In this document: piece after piece, positions 40,019 to 55,363 of the stretch | Layout of the letters: each line of letters begins with the position of its first letter | Position numbering within the stretch: the stretch's first letter is position 1 | Source of the DNA: Octopus sinensis | Taxonomy: Eukaryota | Direction: 5' to 3' | DNA length: 64,000 nucleotides | Assembly: GCF_006345805.1 (NCBI RefSeq) | Contig: NC_042998.1 | Location: 162,874,001-162,938,000, forward strand | Made by a program: the position numbers and the translations under genes | The notes under the pieces: generated by a model | Database searches by the model: none | What the model was told of the DNA's origin: nothing | Seen by the model: only the letters and a program-made list of their open reading frames with translations

Positions 40019-42016
40019 TATACATATATGTGTGTGCATGTGTGTGTCTTTCTGTTCGTGTTTGCCTCCCCCAGCATCGCTTGACGACCGATATTGGTGT
40101 GTTTACGTTCCAGTAATTTAGCAATTCGGCAAAAGACAGCCGCTTGAATAAGTTCTGGGGTTGATTTCTTCGACTAAATTTTTAAAAATACTTTTTAAGG
40201 TGGTGCTCCAGCATTGCCGCAGTCAAATGAATGAAACGAGTGGAAGAATAAAAGAATAATATTTTGGTGGTCGGATATTTTGCATGGGATGGAATGAAAA
40301 GGAATGTCACAAGATTTCGGTGAAGTTTATCTAAAGCCAGAAGATCATAGGTTCAAATAAGAGTAATAATTGGAGTCTGGAAGTGTTATTGGTTATGCCA
40401 CAATTGTCCATACATAGTCATTCTTCTCTTCTCTCTTCCTTCACGATGTGATATCTTTGTCAGCTGAACAACTGATTTCAACAACAAAGCAAGTCTTTTT
40501 TCTCTTTGTCCCGAAGAACAATGTTTCATTATGTATAAAGACATGCGTTTATGTCTGTAAGGGCTGGGTATTCTAACTAATGCATAGTCATTGCAAATTA
40601 CTAACGCACATGCACACATGCACATACACACACAGGCATACGAACGCCTATGCATGTATATATAACCAAATAAACGTGTGTGTGTGTGTGTGTGTGAGTG
40701 TGTGTATTGATGTATGTGCATGTATATGACTATCAAAACCACAGTCAAATTATTCGTATGCAAATCTTTCACAAAAGATAAACAATTACACACGCACACA
40801 TTTGTCATAAAACACGCACACGCACGCACACATATACACACACACAGCCTGATTCTCTATCTCTTTCTATCCCCTCTCTCTCTATATATATATATATGTA
40901 TATGTGTGTGTGTGTGTGTAGATCCTTCTCTCTTTCCTTCCCTCTCCTCTTCTACCCCCTCTCTCTTTCTCTCTCTGCTTCTGTCTATCTATCTAATAGT
41001 CCTTCACTCTCAATTTCTTTCCAGCTATGCATGTGTGTATATGCGTGCGCGCATGTGCATGGGTGTGTGTGTGTGTGTGTGTGTGTATCTATGTCTTTGT
41101 ATGTGTGCATGTCGGTATACAGTACAGCCGCCACGAAGTTCCACCTTATGCATCCATTCATTAGCAAACGTTAACACACACTTCAAGCACACACATGAAT
41201 CGCGCACACACACACACACACACACACGCACACCCCTACTTATCTATACACCCTTCGCACAGTGTGCACCCAGATACATACATATATATATATCACTATG
41301 TCAGAATAATGGCGTAGACTACTAGAGAGAACAATGTGGATAAGTCTTGGGTGGAGTCTTTCTCGTAAACCCCTGCTGTGTAACAGACAGTGGGTAGCTG
41401 CCTGAGTGTGTGTGGGAGTATACACATGTGTGTGTATATATGTGTGTATAGGAAGCAGCAGCAGAGCAGTAGCAGCAGCAACAAAGTAGTAAGAACAAGT
41501 GACTGTTGCAACAGATTATAAGAGTGAATAAACATACTCTTGTACACTAAGACAAAAAACGCATACATTCATACACACAACATATAAAACGTACATAATC
41601 TACTCGTATGTATGTATGTGTGTACACATAAACACACGTGTGTGTGTGTGTGTGTGCGTCTCTGCATGGTGAGAGATAAAGGTATATTCGCAAGAGGCAT
41701 ATCAAAATGCAATCAAAATTAACCATCACTTTATGTAATGAACAAAGTGCACAATGGTGAAAATGGCACTACCATAACCATTACTGATTTATATACTATA
41801 TTCTAAAACGTGTGTGTTTGTTTATAAATATAATTATATATGAAAGTGTGTGTGTATATATATATACATACATACGTATGCATATATATTTGTGTGTGTG
41901 TGAGAGAGAGTGTATGTATGCATGTATATTCGTGTGTGCATGCATGTGTGTATGTATGTATATATGAGTGTATAGGTATACATGATTGCACACACACACA
42001 TACATACACACACACA

Positions 42017-42058
<42 letters not shown>

Positions 42059-42467
42059 GTATAGAAATATGCTAGGAGGCGAGGCTGGTAACCAAATATT
42101 AGGCTCACTAGTAATTATATATTCCATTTCTCCACCCAGCGTATTTAGTGGAAGACCATCAAAAATCTAGTTAGGCTAGCTTTTGGAATTTGAGCCATGT
42201 TATAGTAAAAATAAACAGAGAAAACGTAATTGATATTTCAAGATTGATAAAGCATACACGTGTTTCATTAAATCGACTGTCAATATCACGCAAAACAATT
42301 GGTCATAATACGTAATATAATAGCAAAAGAAGTGAATCGATTGTATCATATATTCTGACTAATCGTCTTGCGTAATAATGATAGATGGTTTACTTAACTA
42401 CGTGTATGTTTTATACGACTTAAAATGCCAATTCTATTTTCTGCTTTTATTATTACTTTTTATGAAA

Positions 42468-42850
42468 GGCGGCGAGCTGGCAGAAACGTTATCTCCCCGG
42501 GCGAAATGCTTAGCGGTATTTCGTCTGTCGTTACGTTCCGAGTTCAAATTCTGCCGAGGTTGACTTTGCCTTTCATCCTTTCGAGGTCGATAAATTAAGT
42601 ACCAGTTACGGACTGGGGTCGATATAATCGACTTAATCCGTTTGTCTGTCCTTGTTTGTCCTCTCTGTGTTTAGCCCCTTGTGGGTAGTAAAGAAATAGG
42701 TATTTCACTCGACGCTACGTTCTGAGTTAAAATTCCACCGAGGTTGACTTTACCTTTCATCTTTTCGGGTTCGATAAATTAAGTACCAGTGAAACACTAG
42801 AGTCGATGTAATCCAAATTTCAGGCCTTGTTCCTAGAGTAGAAAGGATTA
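42468..42850 (+). mobile_element. family-A SINE dimer
   Basis: A full copy (ggcggcgagctggcagaaacg...gtaaagaaatag) fused to a 5'-truncated second copy, with the same junction type as at ~37985. Confidence 0.85.
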
Positions 42851-43192
42851 TTACTATATATACATATATGTGTGCGTATAAATATATAAAGGGAGAAGTG
42901 GGATAGAGAGAGAATCCCAATGTATGACAGGTACTTTATTTATCAACCTCGATATAATGTAAAGCAAAGTTGACTTCAGCAGAACTTAAGTTCAGATTTT
43001 GACTTCCGAATCACCATTTGGTAGTTCAAATCAGTAGTAGAAATCCTGCTGATTTGTATTTGATCTACAACAATTTACTCAAGGCACTCTGTCTAAGACT
43101 TTAGTAATTCTGACGGGTTATTCTCATTCGGTGTTCCACAAAAGGTGTCAAGATGCGCCGAAGATTTAAAAATATTAATTAGATATTCGTAT

Positions 43193-44100
<908 letters not shown>

Positions 44101-45909
44101 ATTATTTATACATTTAGAAAATCTATACTAATGCTTGGACATCTTGAAACAAATCTGTCGTAATTTTGTAAAAAAAAATTAGTAGGGGTAATAAAACCAG
44201 GTAAGCAATAACGGTTTATACATTATATCTAATGCATATACACTATCGATAGGCCAGTTATCACAGTATTTTGTTCTGAGATAACATCTCTAATGAATTT
44301 ACTGTTTTACAAACACAATAAATATCAGAGATGAAAATTCGTCTCAGCAGCGGCCAGCGAGAGCGTCAGATGCATTTCGGCCTTTTGGGGTCTTTTAAAT
44401 GGCGTGTTCTGGCTGCCTCCAGCCACATACTCGGACGGTAAATCGTTATCTTTGATGCAGGAAAGGATTGAATAAAACATTCGCTGATATTGCGTGTAGC
44501 CGTCCGGTTGATTAAAAATCTAGTATACGCAATGGAACAAGCTTTTAATTAAAATAACAATCTTCTTTCCTTTCGTATATCGTTCAGACGTTCTTTTAGA
44601 CCTTAAGACGTCTTTTAACTTTCAAGACGAGTTGCATCAATAATTCTTATTTGATTTTCATTGTGCTATGACGTCAGATAAAATTGGGAACCAATAATTT
44701 TGCAAATTTATCATTTTTGTCCTAGATATGTTAAGCCTAAAATAGAAGAGAGGAGAGAGAGAGAGAGAGAGAGAATATGTGCGTGTGTATGTGTGTGATA
44801 AAGAAAGATATATATAGAGAGGGGCGGTGTGTGTATATGATAAAGAAAGAGATATATAGAGAGGGGCGGAGGTTGACTACTTTTGAATGAATATCTTGTC
44901 AATCATTGTTAAACAAAAACTATCAAGTTTACCACCACTACTACCAGCACTACCATTACCACCGTTAACATTAGCACCACCACCACCAGCAGCACTGCCG
45001 GCACCACCGCCGTCACCACTACCTCCACTACCACTCCCTTCACCACTGCCATCAACCAGAACCAAAATGAAGAACAATGTTCTACCATACCCAGGTATCT
45101 ACATTGTTATTACCCCCAACGCTTCCCTTCCGACAAACGGATACCCACCACCTTACCGACGCACACATGTACTGTCTGGTGGTACCCCCTATTTTACAGG
45201 AAGTACTTGAAACCTCATTCCGCCAGATGGCGTGTGCAGTGGGGGGGGGGAAATAAGAGAGGAGTTGGGGTGAAAAACAATGCATTATATGTTCGTAGAA
45301 ATACGTTTTTGTTAAAAATGTTTACAGACTCGGTACCACCCTGCTCACTCCCGCTCCCGCTACACATTTACTTTATACACACAGACACACACATATACAA
45401 AATCACACACACACGTGTGTGAGCACATGCGCATGCGTGTTAACTTCTACAACTCCACATCCATAACAATTTCAACTGAATACACTCGAAACCACCAGCA
45501 CCACCTCGCCACCACAACTCATATGAAACCATACGAAGAAATAAAAACAGACTAAACAACTAAAACACAATCGTATCCCATCACCACCACCACCACCTCA
45601 ATAGCAACAACTATCACAAGCACACAAACGCAATCATACAGGCACACACACACACACACATACACAAACGCATACGCACATACTGATGTTCATAAATACA
45701 CAAAGACAGGAAAAAAATCATAAAAATTATAATAAGCAGTAACACACACCAACATACATACATACAAACATACATACATAAACATATGTATTTATATATA
45801 TATACTTACAAACGTGTGTGTATTGTGGGTGAGTGTATATATATATATACATATATATATACAAAAACACACATATATACATATATATGTGTGTGTATGT
45901 GTGTGTGTT

Positions 45910-45970
<61 letters not shown>

Positions 45971-46117
45971 ATAATACCTTCATATGAACAAAAAAAGCTA
46001 CCTTTTCTACTCACCTACCTATAATGAATAAAGTTCCTACATCCTGGGTGATTAATAATCATCCTCTTTAGTTAATAACTACAGCACTTAACATAGTGTA
46101 GGTATACATCTGCGAGT

Positions 46118-46175
<58 letters not shown>

Positions 46176-46377
46176 GTACACATGTGCGTGTGTGTGTGGT
46201 GCATGCATACGTGTGCGCGCATAGGTTCGCGTGTATATGCATGTATGCGTGTGTGTGTGTGTGTGTTTATGCATGGATATTTATACCCACATACACACAC
46301 ACACATATGAGTGTGCATGTGAAAGAATTATGTATGCATATATGCACATGCACTTGTGTATGTATATATATATATAT

Positions 46378-46439
<62 letters not shown>

Positions 46440-46465
46440 TATATATACATTACAGGCGACGCACA

Positions 46466-46513
<48 letters not shown>

Positions 46514-47000
46514 TATATATATATGTAGATATAATATATATATATATATATATATAGATATATTATATATATATATTGTTCCTTACCCAAGTCTGGGTAC
46601 CCTTTCACTTCACTTCCTGAACACCAGTTTTTAAATTACCCTTAGGGTATTTTAGCAGAGGGCAGCACTTGGGATCTGTGTACACGTACACACACACATG
46701 CAGGCACACGCGCGTGCACGGACACAAACACACATACACACACATGCACACACACACATACATGGTACCCCACTAATAGCACCAGCGCCATGACACAACT
46801 TACAGATGCACACATACACACACATGCACATGCACACGTGTACATAGATGTATATACATAATTATGCTTGCCGGTACACATATACATTGATCTCGACGGC
46901 CATCACCACCATTACCACCTCCGTTATTACTGTCACCACCGCCATCATCATCATCACTACCACCACCACCACCACCACCACCACCACCACCACCACCACC

Positions 47001-47231
47001 TATTTCTTTTACTACCCACAAGGGGTTAAACACAGAGAGGACAAACAAAACAGACAAACGGATTAAGTCGATTGTATCGACCCCAGTGCGTAACTGGTAC
47101 TTAATTTATCGACCCCGAAAGGATGAAAGGCAAAGTCGACATCGGCGGAATTTGAACTCAGAACGTAACGGCAGACGAAATACGGCTACACATTTCGCCC
47201 GGCGTGCTAACGTTTCTACCAGCTCGCCGCC
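47001..47231 (-). mobile_element. family-A tRNA-SINE, full length
   Basis: Reverse complement of the copy at 59349-59577. Confidence 0.9.
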
Positions 47232-48266
47232 TTTTCCACCACCACCACCACCACCATCACCACACTCATCACCAACGTTCATATTGCCCAATAATATTTC
47301 TCCTTAAATTTTCTATACCATGCAAAAAAAAAAAACAAAAAAAAAACAAAGAGAAGAAACTGAAGAAATGTGAAAAGAACTCCAGCAAAAAACAAAGAAA
47401 AGTGGGAGAAGAAGAAAGAAACAATAGTAAGAACGAATTTCAATGCCAGAAACCATGTATGGTTAAGGAATATCTTGAAGAAAAGCATCTTTTCCAAAAA
47501 GGATCGGCTACTGGAAAACCATCCATCAGATACAAAAAAAGTCATTTGTATTTTGGAGTTTTGATTGGGTGTTTAACCAAGGAACTGTGAGTCGTCTTTG
47601 GCATTCTGGTAATTTACTAGTTTATTGTCTTTTCTTCCATTATCTTACTTCTTTAGGCTTTTTATTTTGTTTTGTTTTGTTTTTTTGTTTTGTTTTTTAC
47701 TCTTTTGTTTCTTGGCTATTTTATTTTTCTTGTTTAACGTTCTTCACGTCTGCTTCATCATCGTCATCGTTGTAGTCAGCATTTTCACTGCTGCCGCCAC
47801 CACCACTATCACCACTACCACACCACCACACCACCACCGCCACAACCACTACCATCATCATTAGCGTTGTCGTCGTCGTCATCAACGTCATCATCATAAT
47901 TCATCATCGTCTTCATCTTCAGCATCTTCATCATCATCATCATCCTCATTGTCCTCTACCGTTTCCTCATCATCGTCATCGTCATCGTCACCGTCGTCGT
48001 CGTCGTCATCATCATCATCATCAGCTGCATTTTTGCTTTTGTTTTCTTTATTATTATTATTATTATTACTGCTGATCTAACTGTTGTTGTCGTGTTTGTT
48101 ATTCTAGCTGTTATCACTGCTGCCATTTACGGTTGGGGGATTGGTACTGCCGTTGATACATAGCAAACTCTCCTTAGAACAGGTCAGCTTTCATCCAGCA
48201 AACCTTTGATAAGAGAAAACGTTCCGTCATTTTATTTTTACATATATTACATTTCATTGTAGTGAA

Positions 48267-48618
48267 GACGCATGTCTCAGTGGTTAAAGCGTCGGGCTCA
48301 CAATCATGAGGTCGTGAGTTCGATTCCCGGAGCGGGCTGTGTGTTGTGTCCTTGAGCAAGAGATTTTATTTTACGTTGCTTCGGTCCACTCAGCAGTAGA
48401 AATGAGCTGTGACGTCATTGATGCCAAGCTGTATCGGTTTTTGCCTTTCCCTTGCATAACATCGGTGACGTGGTGAGGTGGGGTGCTAGGCTGTATGGCT
48501 GCATGGGCAACTACTGGTCTTCCATAAACAGTTTTGCCCAGACTTGTGCCTCGAAAGGTAACTTTCTAGGAGCTATCCCATGGTTATTCATGACCGAAGG
48601 GAGTTTTTACCCTTTTTA
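48267..48618 (+). mobile_element. tRNA-headed SINE family C, second copy
   Basis: Collinear with 34642-34972; B box gagttcgattcc. Confidence 0.85.
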
Positions 48619-49539
48619 CATTTCATTGTCTAATATTTCATGGTGGTGCTCCAACATGACCACAGCTATCTTGCTGAAACACATAAAAGAAAGAATAAAA
48701 GAAAGAATATCCTTTGTTTTTTAAATCAGTAGAGCTTAAATCGAAAGATATTTGGTTACTCTTTCTAGCATAATGGCTGATTACTTAGAATAGAAGTGAA
48801 GGACCTTTTTAGCACCAAAGCAAGAATGTCAAACCATAAGGGACCATCTATATATTGAACAATAATACATTTTGCATTTTCATAAACATGCAACTTGTAT
48901 TTAACTAGAAGGCTATAATGGAAAATCTATAAATGGCTGATAAATGTGTAGTTTAATACTGATTTCAGATTTTGGTACAAGGCAGCAATTTCGGGGTAGA
49001 GAGTAAGTCGATTACATCAACCCCAGTGCTCAACTGGTCCTTATTTCATCGATCCCGGAAAGATGAAAAGCAAAGTCGACCTCTGCAGAATTTGAACTCA
49101 GAACGCGAAGACGGACGAAATGCCGCCAAAAATTTTGCCCAACGTGCTAACAATTCTGTCAGCTCACTGCCTTTTCCTAGTTTAATATCAATTACTTGCA
49201 GAAGATTGTGTTCAAGGAGATTAACTGAATAAAGTACATGTTCCTTAATAGCATTTAATAAAAAAATTTGCATGCAATCATATCTAGAACTGATTACCCG
49301 GTTTCTATGGCGTGTGAGCGACCGAGATCACAACTTTTCCTCCTAAACATGAACCTAATTCATTGCAGGGTTATTCATTGACAGTTTAGTGTCTGGAGTA
49401 ACGTGAGATAAAGGGTTTATTCAAGAACACGACACACCGCCCAATCCAGGTATCGAAACCGTGACCTTGCGATTGTGAGTGCAACACTCTTACCACTAAG
49501 TCATGCGTCTTCATATATACGTGCACACATTGAATTGAC

Positions 49540-49700
49540 TGAGAAAGGAGGCCCCGGGGACGTTGATGGCCTCGATCTACTTTCGAATTCGGAACGGGCG
49601 AAACGGGCCGTTCCTCTCCCGATCGGAGGTGGCCATATATCGCAGCCATTGCGACGCAACGAATGCACGGTGCCAAGTGGGCCACTTTTGGTAAGCAGAA
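49540..49700. other. unique GC/CpG-rich island (candidate regulatory element or small exon)
   Basis: Sharp local GC and CpG enrichment, no other copy in the window, GGAACGG...CCGTTCC hairpin, possible splice donor TTG|GTAAGC at 49690/49691. Confidence 0.35.
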
Positions 49701-49864
49701 CTGGTGATGTGGAATTAACACTTTTTCTTCTATGGGTTGAATTCCTAATCAAATCATTGTTATCAGTACATTTATTAATGTATAGAGTCCTACTATGTGC
49801 AAGTAGTTTTGTTGTTTTCAACATGCTGATTGACAATTCCAAATAATACTTGTATGTGTGTGTG

Positions 49865-49896
<32 letters not shown>

Positions 49897-50745
49897 ATAA
49901 TTGATACACTGACAGTTAAATTTATATCGCATATGTCTACTCTGTATTTAACTAACTAAACAACCCGTCAGTGATTTAACGAAATACAGATATCGGAACT
50001 AACATGGCAGTTAATTGACTTTGTTGCGCATGTTAGGAAGATTGACAAAGAGAGGAGAGAGAGAGAGAGAAGAGAGAGAGAGAGGAGAGAGAGAGAGGGA
50101 AGCTAGGGAGAGATATGTTGCCAGTTACATTTAGAGAGAACTGGATTGGCCTTGAGGCTTAGCTTAACACATTTTTCTTTATCAGATAGGCTTTAGATAT
50201 TTTGTCAACAGCGAGAAGTTTCAGTTTTGAACGTTGGTGTAATTTCTCCCGCATTCAACCCTTGAAAATGGGACTGTCTTACAAATTTTTTTCTTGTTAT
50301 TATACCTGTTTACTGATTCCTGATGCTGTTTTTGTTGTTTTTGATGTTTTTATTGTTATCAAAACAATGTCAAGGAAAATTTTCTTAAAAATGAACGCTG
50401 TGACACATATTAATCCCAAGTTGAAACACCGTTTGTCTCAAACATTATTACTCCCCAAGGAGCAATAAAGAAAAGCCTGTTTGGTTGCTCGACCTGCTAG
50501 AAGAAGCAACTAAATTTCTCCCATATCAAACATTCCTGTTTTGTTTTGTTTTTGTTTTTTAATGTAAAACCTTTTGAATAATAGGATCTTAGGTACAATT
50601 TAGCTGAAAGAAAAATAAAAAACGGAATTGTCACAGTTAAATTGCATTTGATCATGGGTATGCTAGGTCAGAGGTGACCTGGGGCTAAATAACAACATAG
50701 CTTTTGCTCTTGTGGCAGACATCACTGATTAATAATTTCATTTTA

Positions 50746-51266
50746 CCGTAAATCCTCGAGTATAATCCGCATTTTTTCCAAAAATTTAAAGGTCAAAATC
50801 CTTAGTGCGTACTATATACGAGGTTAAAAATGAAAAATACTTTCTAAGCAATGTCCGAGTCTCTATTTGCTGTCCGGTAATGTTTATTCAGACGCATTTT
50901 GTGATGTCGGGCGCGAAAATACCTTAAGCTAAGCCTGAAAGCAATGAAGTCATAAAAGAATCATCCATAACTTGCAGTAAGCAACATTTATTAAAATAGA
51001 AGTATTCAGAACGCAGAATAACATATAACAAAAACAATTTGCAAACATATTTACATTCCCATATAACATTTAAGAACATTGCCATTATTGTATTACGCAT
51101 GCGCGGAAGTGTTTGTTCGACTAGGTGCTGCTGGCTTAATTACGCCCGACTCAAGTTAGAGAAGGGATGCGTATTATACACAAGGTTTAGGTTTTTCAGA
51201 GGTACAACCTCCTAAAAATCCCCTGCGTATTATACTCAAGGGCGGACTATACTCGAGGATTTACGG
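50746..51266. mobile_element. Tc1/mariner-superfamily (Tc2-like) MITE
   Basis: TIRs ccgtaaatcctcgagtataatccgc and gcggactatactcgaggatttacgg; TA at the left end; internal subterminal cgtactatatacgagg and cgtattatactcaagg repeats. Confidence 0.8.
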
Positions 51267-51803
51267 CATTTCTTTTTTAAGTCTCTGAATGGGACGAACT
51301 AGCATAGCCATCAGAATGTTGATATATGTCCCGGTATCCCATGCTCTAAGATCAAATACCACTGAAGTCAACTTTACTTTCTTCAATAACAAGAGTACTT
51401 GCTGCTGCTGCTGCTGCTACTACTACTTCTTTCTTTCTTTCTTATTTTTGTCGTTTGTTCTATTTCACACTTGCACCCAAAATTGCTTATAACCGACCAG
51501 CTGGTGGCTTACTGTCAAGGGAGCGGCAAGGGTAGTTCGTTGACCAGAGGGGCAAAGAAAGAAAGACGAGACACTGAGCTGACTATAGACTACATATACC
51601 AGTTATAGAATCAATACCAGTTACATACTGGTGATCAATCCAATTTACTATATTCCATTATAAGATGTCTATAGTCAATGGCACTAAAGCAGTGCCCATT
51701 CTGTTTTGTTTTAGGATAATCTAGAACTACATTATCTTATATGTCCGTCTATTTCTTTAAGAAGGGTGTATACGTATGTGTGCGTATATTAGGTATATAA
51801 ATA

Positions 51804-52017
51804 TACGAGGGGTGCTGAAAAGTTCCTGGCATTAAAGGTGTTGCAAAAGGCCTGGTTGGAGGCCCAACCTTCAGAGTCCTTTTACAAGGCTTAGAAAAAC
51901 TGAAAGACCGCTGCAATAAGTGTGTGAATCTGAGAGGGGAATATTTTGAATAAAATCACAATTAACTGATCCTCCTGTATTTCCTTTTATCTAAAGCCAA
52001 GAACTTTTCAGCACCTC
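51804..52017 (+). mobile_element. mariner-derived MITE retaining the last transposase codons
   Basis: TIR tacgaggggtgctgaaaagttc ... gaacttttcagcacctc. Internal frame reads ..GLEKLKDRCNKCVNLRGEYFE*, like a mariner C-terminus. Confidence 0.85.
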
Positions 52018-52825
52018 TGAATTACAGGAACTACTCATTTTTGCTCGCTGAGTGTCATTTCAGAGTAATTTAGTTGTTATTTCTAGCAAATAGAACAAAG
52101 TGGTGAGATAGCTCTGAAAGATTAGATGATAAATTAATCTTTCAACGACAACAACGACTGCTTCTTCTCCGACTCTAGTTCCGGTTCCAGTTCTGGCTCC
52201 AGTTCCGGTTCCTCCACCAAATATATCCTTACAAAAGATAAGGTTTTTATTAACTAATCAAAAGAAACTGGATTCTTTTTTTCATTTTTTACCTATTGTT
52301 TAGTCCAGGTCAAAACCGATCTAATTGGCCTGTGACCAAAGATTTATATGGATTCCAAGATCCCGTTCATATTCAGAAGTAGTGTATCTTGAATTCAGAA
52401 ACATTATCCAACGTGTTCATCATTTTTGGGGGTGGGGTGAATTAAGGGAGAATTGGCTGCTGTTTCTAGTAGATAAATCGAATGCATGAAAGCACCGTTT
52501 CAAAGATTTGGATCATCCAGCGCTTCGTTTTAAGCAAACTACCATAGTACAAATGATATATATTCTTTTATTCTTCCATTCCACTCCATCCAAGTGGTAA
52601 TCACGCTCACAACATAACAATGTTATATAAATAAATACACTTAAGATACAATGTAAACAATACATATTGTTATAAATGGGTCTGTAAGGAGCCGCGCGTC
52701 ATGTAACTATATTTACAATACATGATCGCAGATCAAATCATTTATTAAGCGAGTATCTATCCATCCACCCATCCATCCATTAATCTATCTATCTGTCTGT
52801 CTGTCTACATATGTGTGAGTGCGTG

Positions 52826-52856
<31 letters not shown>

Positions 52857-53215
52857 ATTAAACAGCCGAAATCTGCGATGAGGAATCGGTTTCGACTGAA
52901 GAACGAAGGCTTTGAATGACCCGTCTGTCTCTTATGTTCGTCCTTTCGTGTATTTCACGTTATTTATTTATGTAAAGGTTTATTAATATATATATATATC
53001 ATATATATATATATATTAGATTCTATATATATATATATAATATATAACAAAATAGCAACAAGGATATCCAGAGGTAATTACCTCTGCATATCCTGTCGCT
53101 TATTTTGATTTAATCACCTTATTTAAAAATTGTATGGATAATACTATACTAAATTCTGATGCCTCAACCTAAGTACCATATTCATCTGAATCTAATTTAT
53201 ATATAGTATATATAT

Positions 53216-53246
<31 letters not shown>

Positions 53247-54050
53247 TATATTATATATATATATATATATATATGGGAGGGGTGAGTGGGTGTTCAAAAA
53301 TGCATACGTTAATACAGTGTTGTTCAATATTACTTTCACAATTTGATAAAAAAAAAAACCGGGGGTAAAAAACAGAAAAAGAGCATAACCCATCAGAATT
53401 TATTGGAAAACATAAGGAACAAACTAAGCTTTATTAGAAATATCAGAACAATCCTAAGCGAACTCCATTGGTTGCGCACAACCTGCTGAGTTGTCCTTAC
53501 ATTTTTCTTTCTAAATTTTTCTGGATTGTAAAGAAAAATTGATGGACACCCAGTACATAAATTCGTATCTGTATCATATATATTATATATTCATACTCAT
53601 AATATAGATATATAAGTACATGTATATTAAACGTGCACATACAAATAAGTATAAACACACGCGCACGCATATATACGTAAAGCATCGGTTGTTCGTAGAG
53701 TTCATTGACTACACTTGACTTGAAACTTTTACATTTTCTCTTGTCAGCCGTTGCGTTAACATTTAGATTGATCGGTTGAAATACTTACATTCTTCATTAA
53801 GGACTCAAGAAACATATTACCGATCCCTTTTTTTTCTGTTTTTCTTTTTTACGTTTCGGATGTCGAAGATGGCTTCTTTTTTTCCGCTGAGAGGCAGCAC
53901 GATCTCAACCCAGAATGCAGACTGCAGAAGTATCTCAACCGCATTGTCCTACTGCTTGGCACCTTTGGAGAGTGTCTTCGGCTATAGCCAAAGCCTTGTG
54001 AGTGGATTTGACAGAGGAAAACTGAAAGAAGCCCGTCATACATACATACA

Positions 54051-54086
<36 letters not shown>

Positions 54087-54332
54087 TATATATATTCATG
54101 TGTGTGTCTGTGTTTCTGTTTGTCCCCACCATCGCTTGACAACCAATGTTGGTGTGTTTACGTCCCCGATAGAATAAGTACCCGGCTTACAAAGATCCCG
54201 ATAGAATAAGTACCAGGCTTACAAAGAATAAGTCCTGGGATCGATTTCATCGACTAAAAACCCTTTAAAGTGGTGCCCCAGCATATCCGCAGTCAAATTA
54301 TTCAAACTAGTAAAATAACAAAAGTATGTATG

Positions 54333-54419
<87 letters not shown>

Positions 54420-55068
54420 TACTAATGTGTAAATATATAGATATATATAAGTAACATATATAATATATATATTTATCTATATATTTACGCATTAGTAAGG
54501 TATATATATATATTTGCACGTGCGCGCACACACACATATACCCTTAAGTCATTCAACTCCTCCTGATGGGGTCACAGGAGCGTCGCTGTGAGTTACGGGA
54601 GCCTCTCTTGGGCATTTTAAATCTGGTGGAACCCATCCCTCTCAAGATGGTGTGTATGTGTGTGTACATATGTAAATATATGTATATGGGTGCATATAAA
54701 TATTAATATGTAATGTATGTATACATTTAACAACACACAAATGTTCATATATTCGTACATATATACAGAGATACGCATACGTATACACACACACGGTTGT
54801 GTGCGCACATAGTTTAATTTTTTCCCAGGGTCCCTCTTGTTATTTTTAAGAATAGTACTAAGGTGTTTGTGTGATGTTTTTTAGTGAACTGTAAAGCGCA
54901 ATGACTTTTTTCTTTCTTTCGGGTAAATCTAAATTTACCGTTTTATAGTGCTTTGGAGCTTTTTAGAAATTTGGCGTTGTTTATATCAACTGAATAACAG
55001 AAATCGCATGAAAGTTTTTGCCATTTCTCATTCTTGTCTTATTAAAGAGGGAAGAGAGAGATTGCATA

Positions 55069-55102
<34 letters not shown>

Positions 55103-55156
55103 TTGATAAAATGCTACTGCACCTATACATTACGCCTTCGTTTATATATGTATGTA

Positions 55157-55195
<39 letters not shown>

Positions 55196-55363
55196 ACACT
55201 CGTAAACATAAGCCCACACATACACAACACACACACACACACACACACAGAGTTATATATATATTAACGCTTGGTTATTATGTTCAGTTAAAAAGCATTA
55301 ATCTGATGCGTTGCTCTATATTTATGTGGAGTACAATTTATTATTTTATAGAAGAACGTTGTT

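Noticed and set aside
44360-44400. Minus-strand GAAA-UGCA-UC half-hammerhead and a U2-snRNA-like ttcggccttttgg
   Set aside because: No CUGANGA for the former; only a 13-nt match and no other U2 features for the latter.
49540-49700. HDV-like ribozyme on the minus strand (CC-UCCGAUC-GG, GG, hairpin, CGAAU)
   Set aside because: No P1 or P2 pairing partners at the required spacing.
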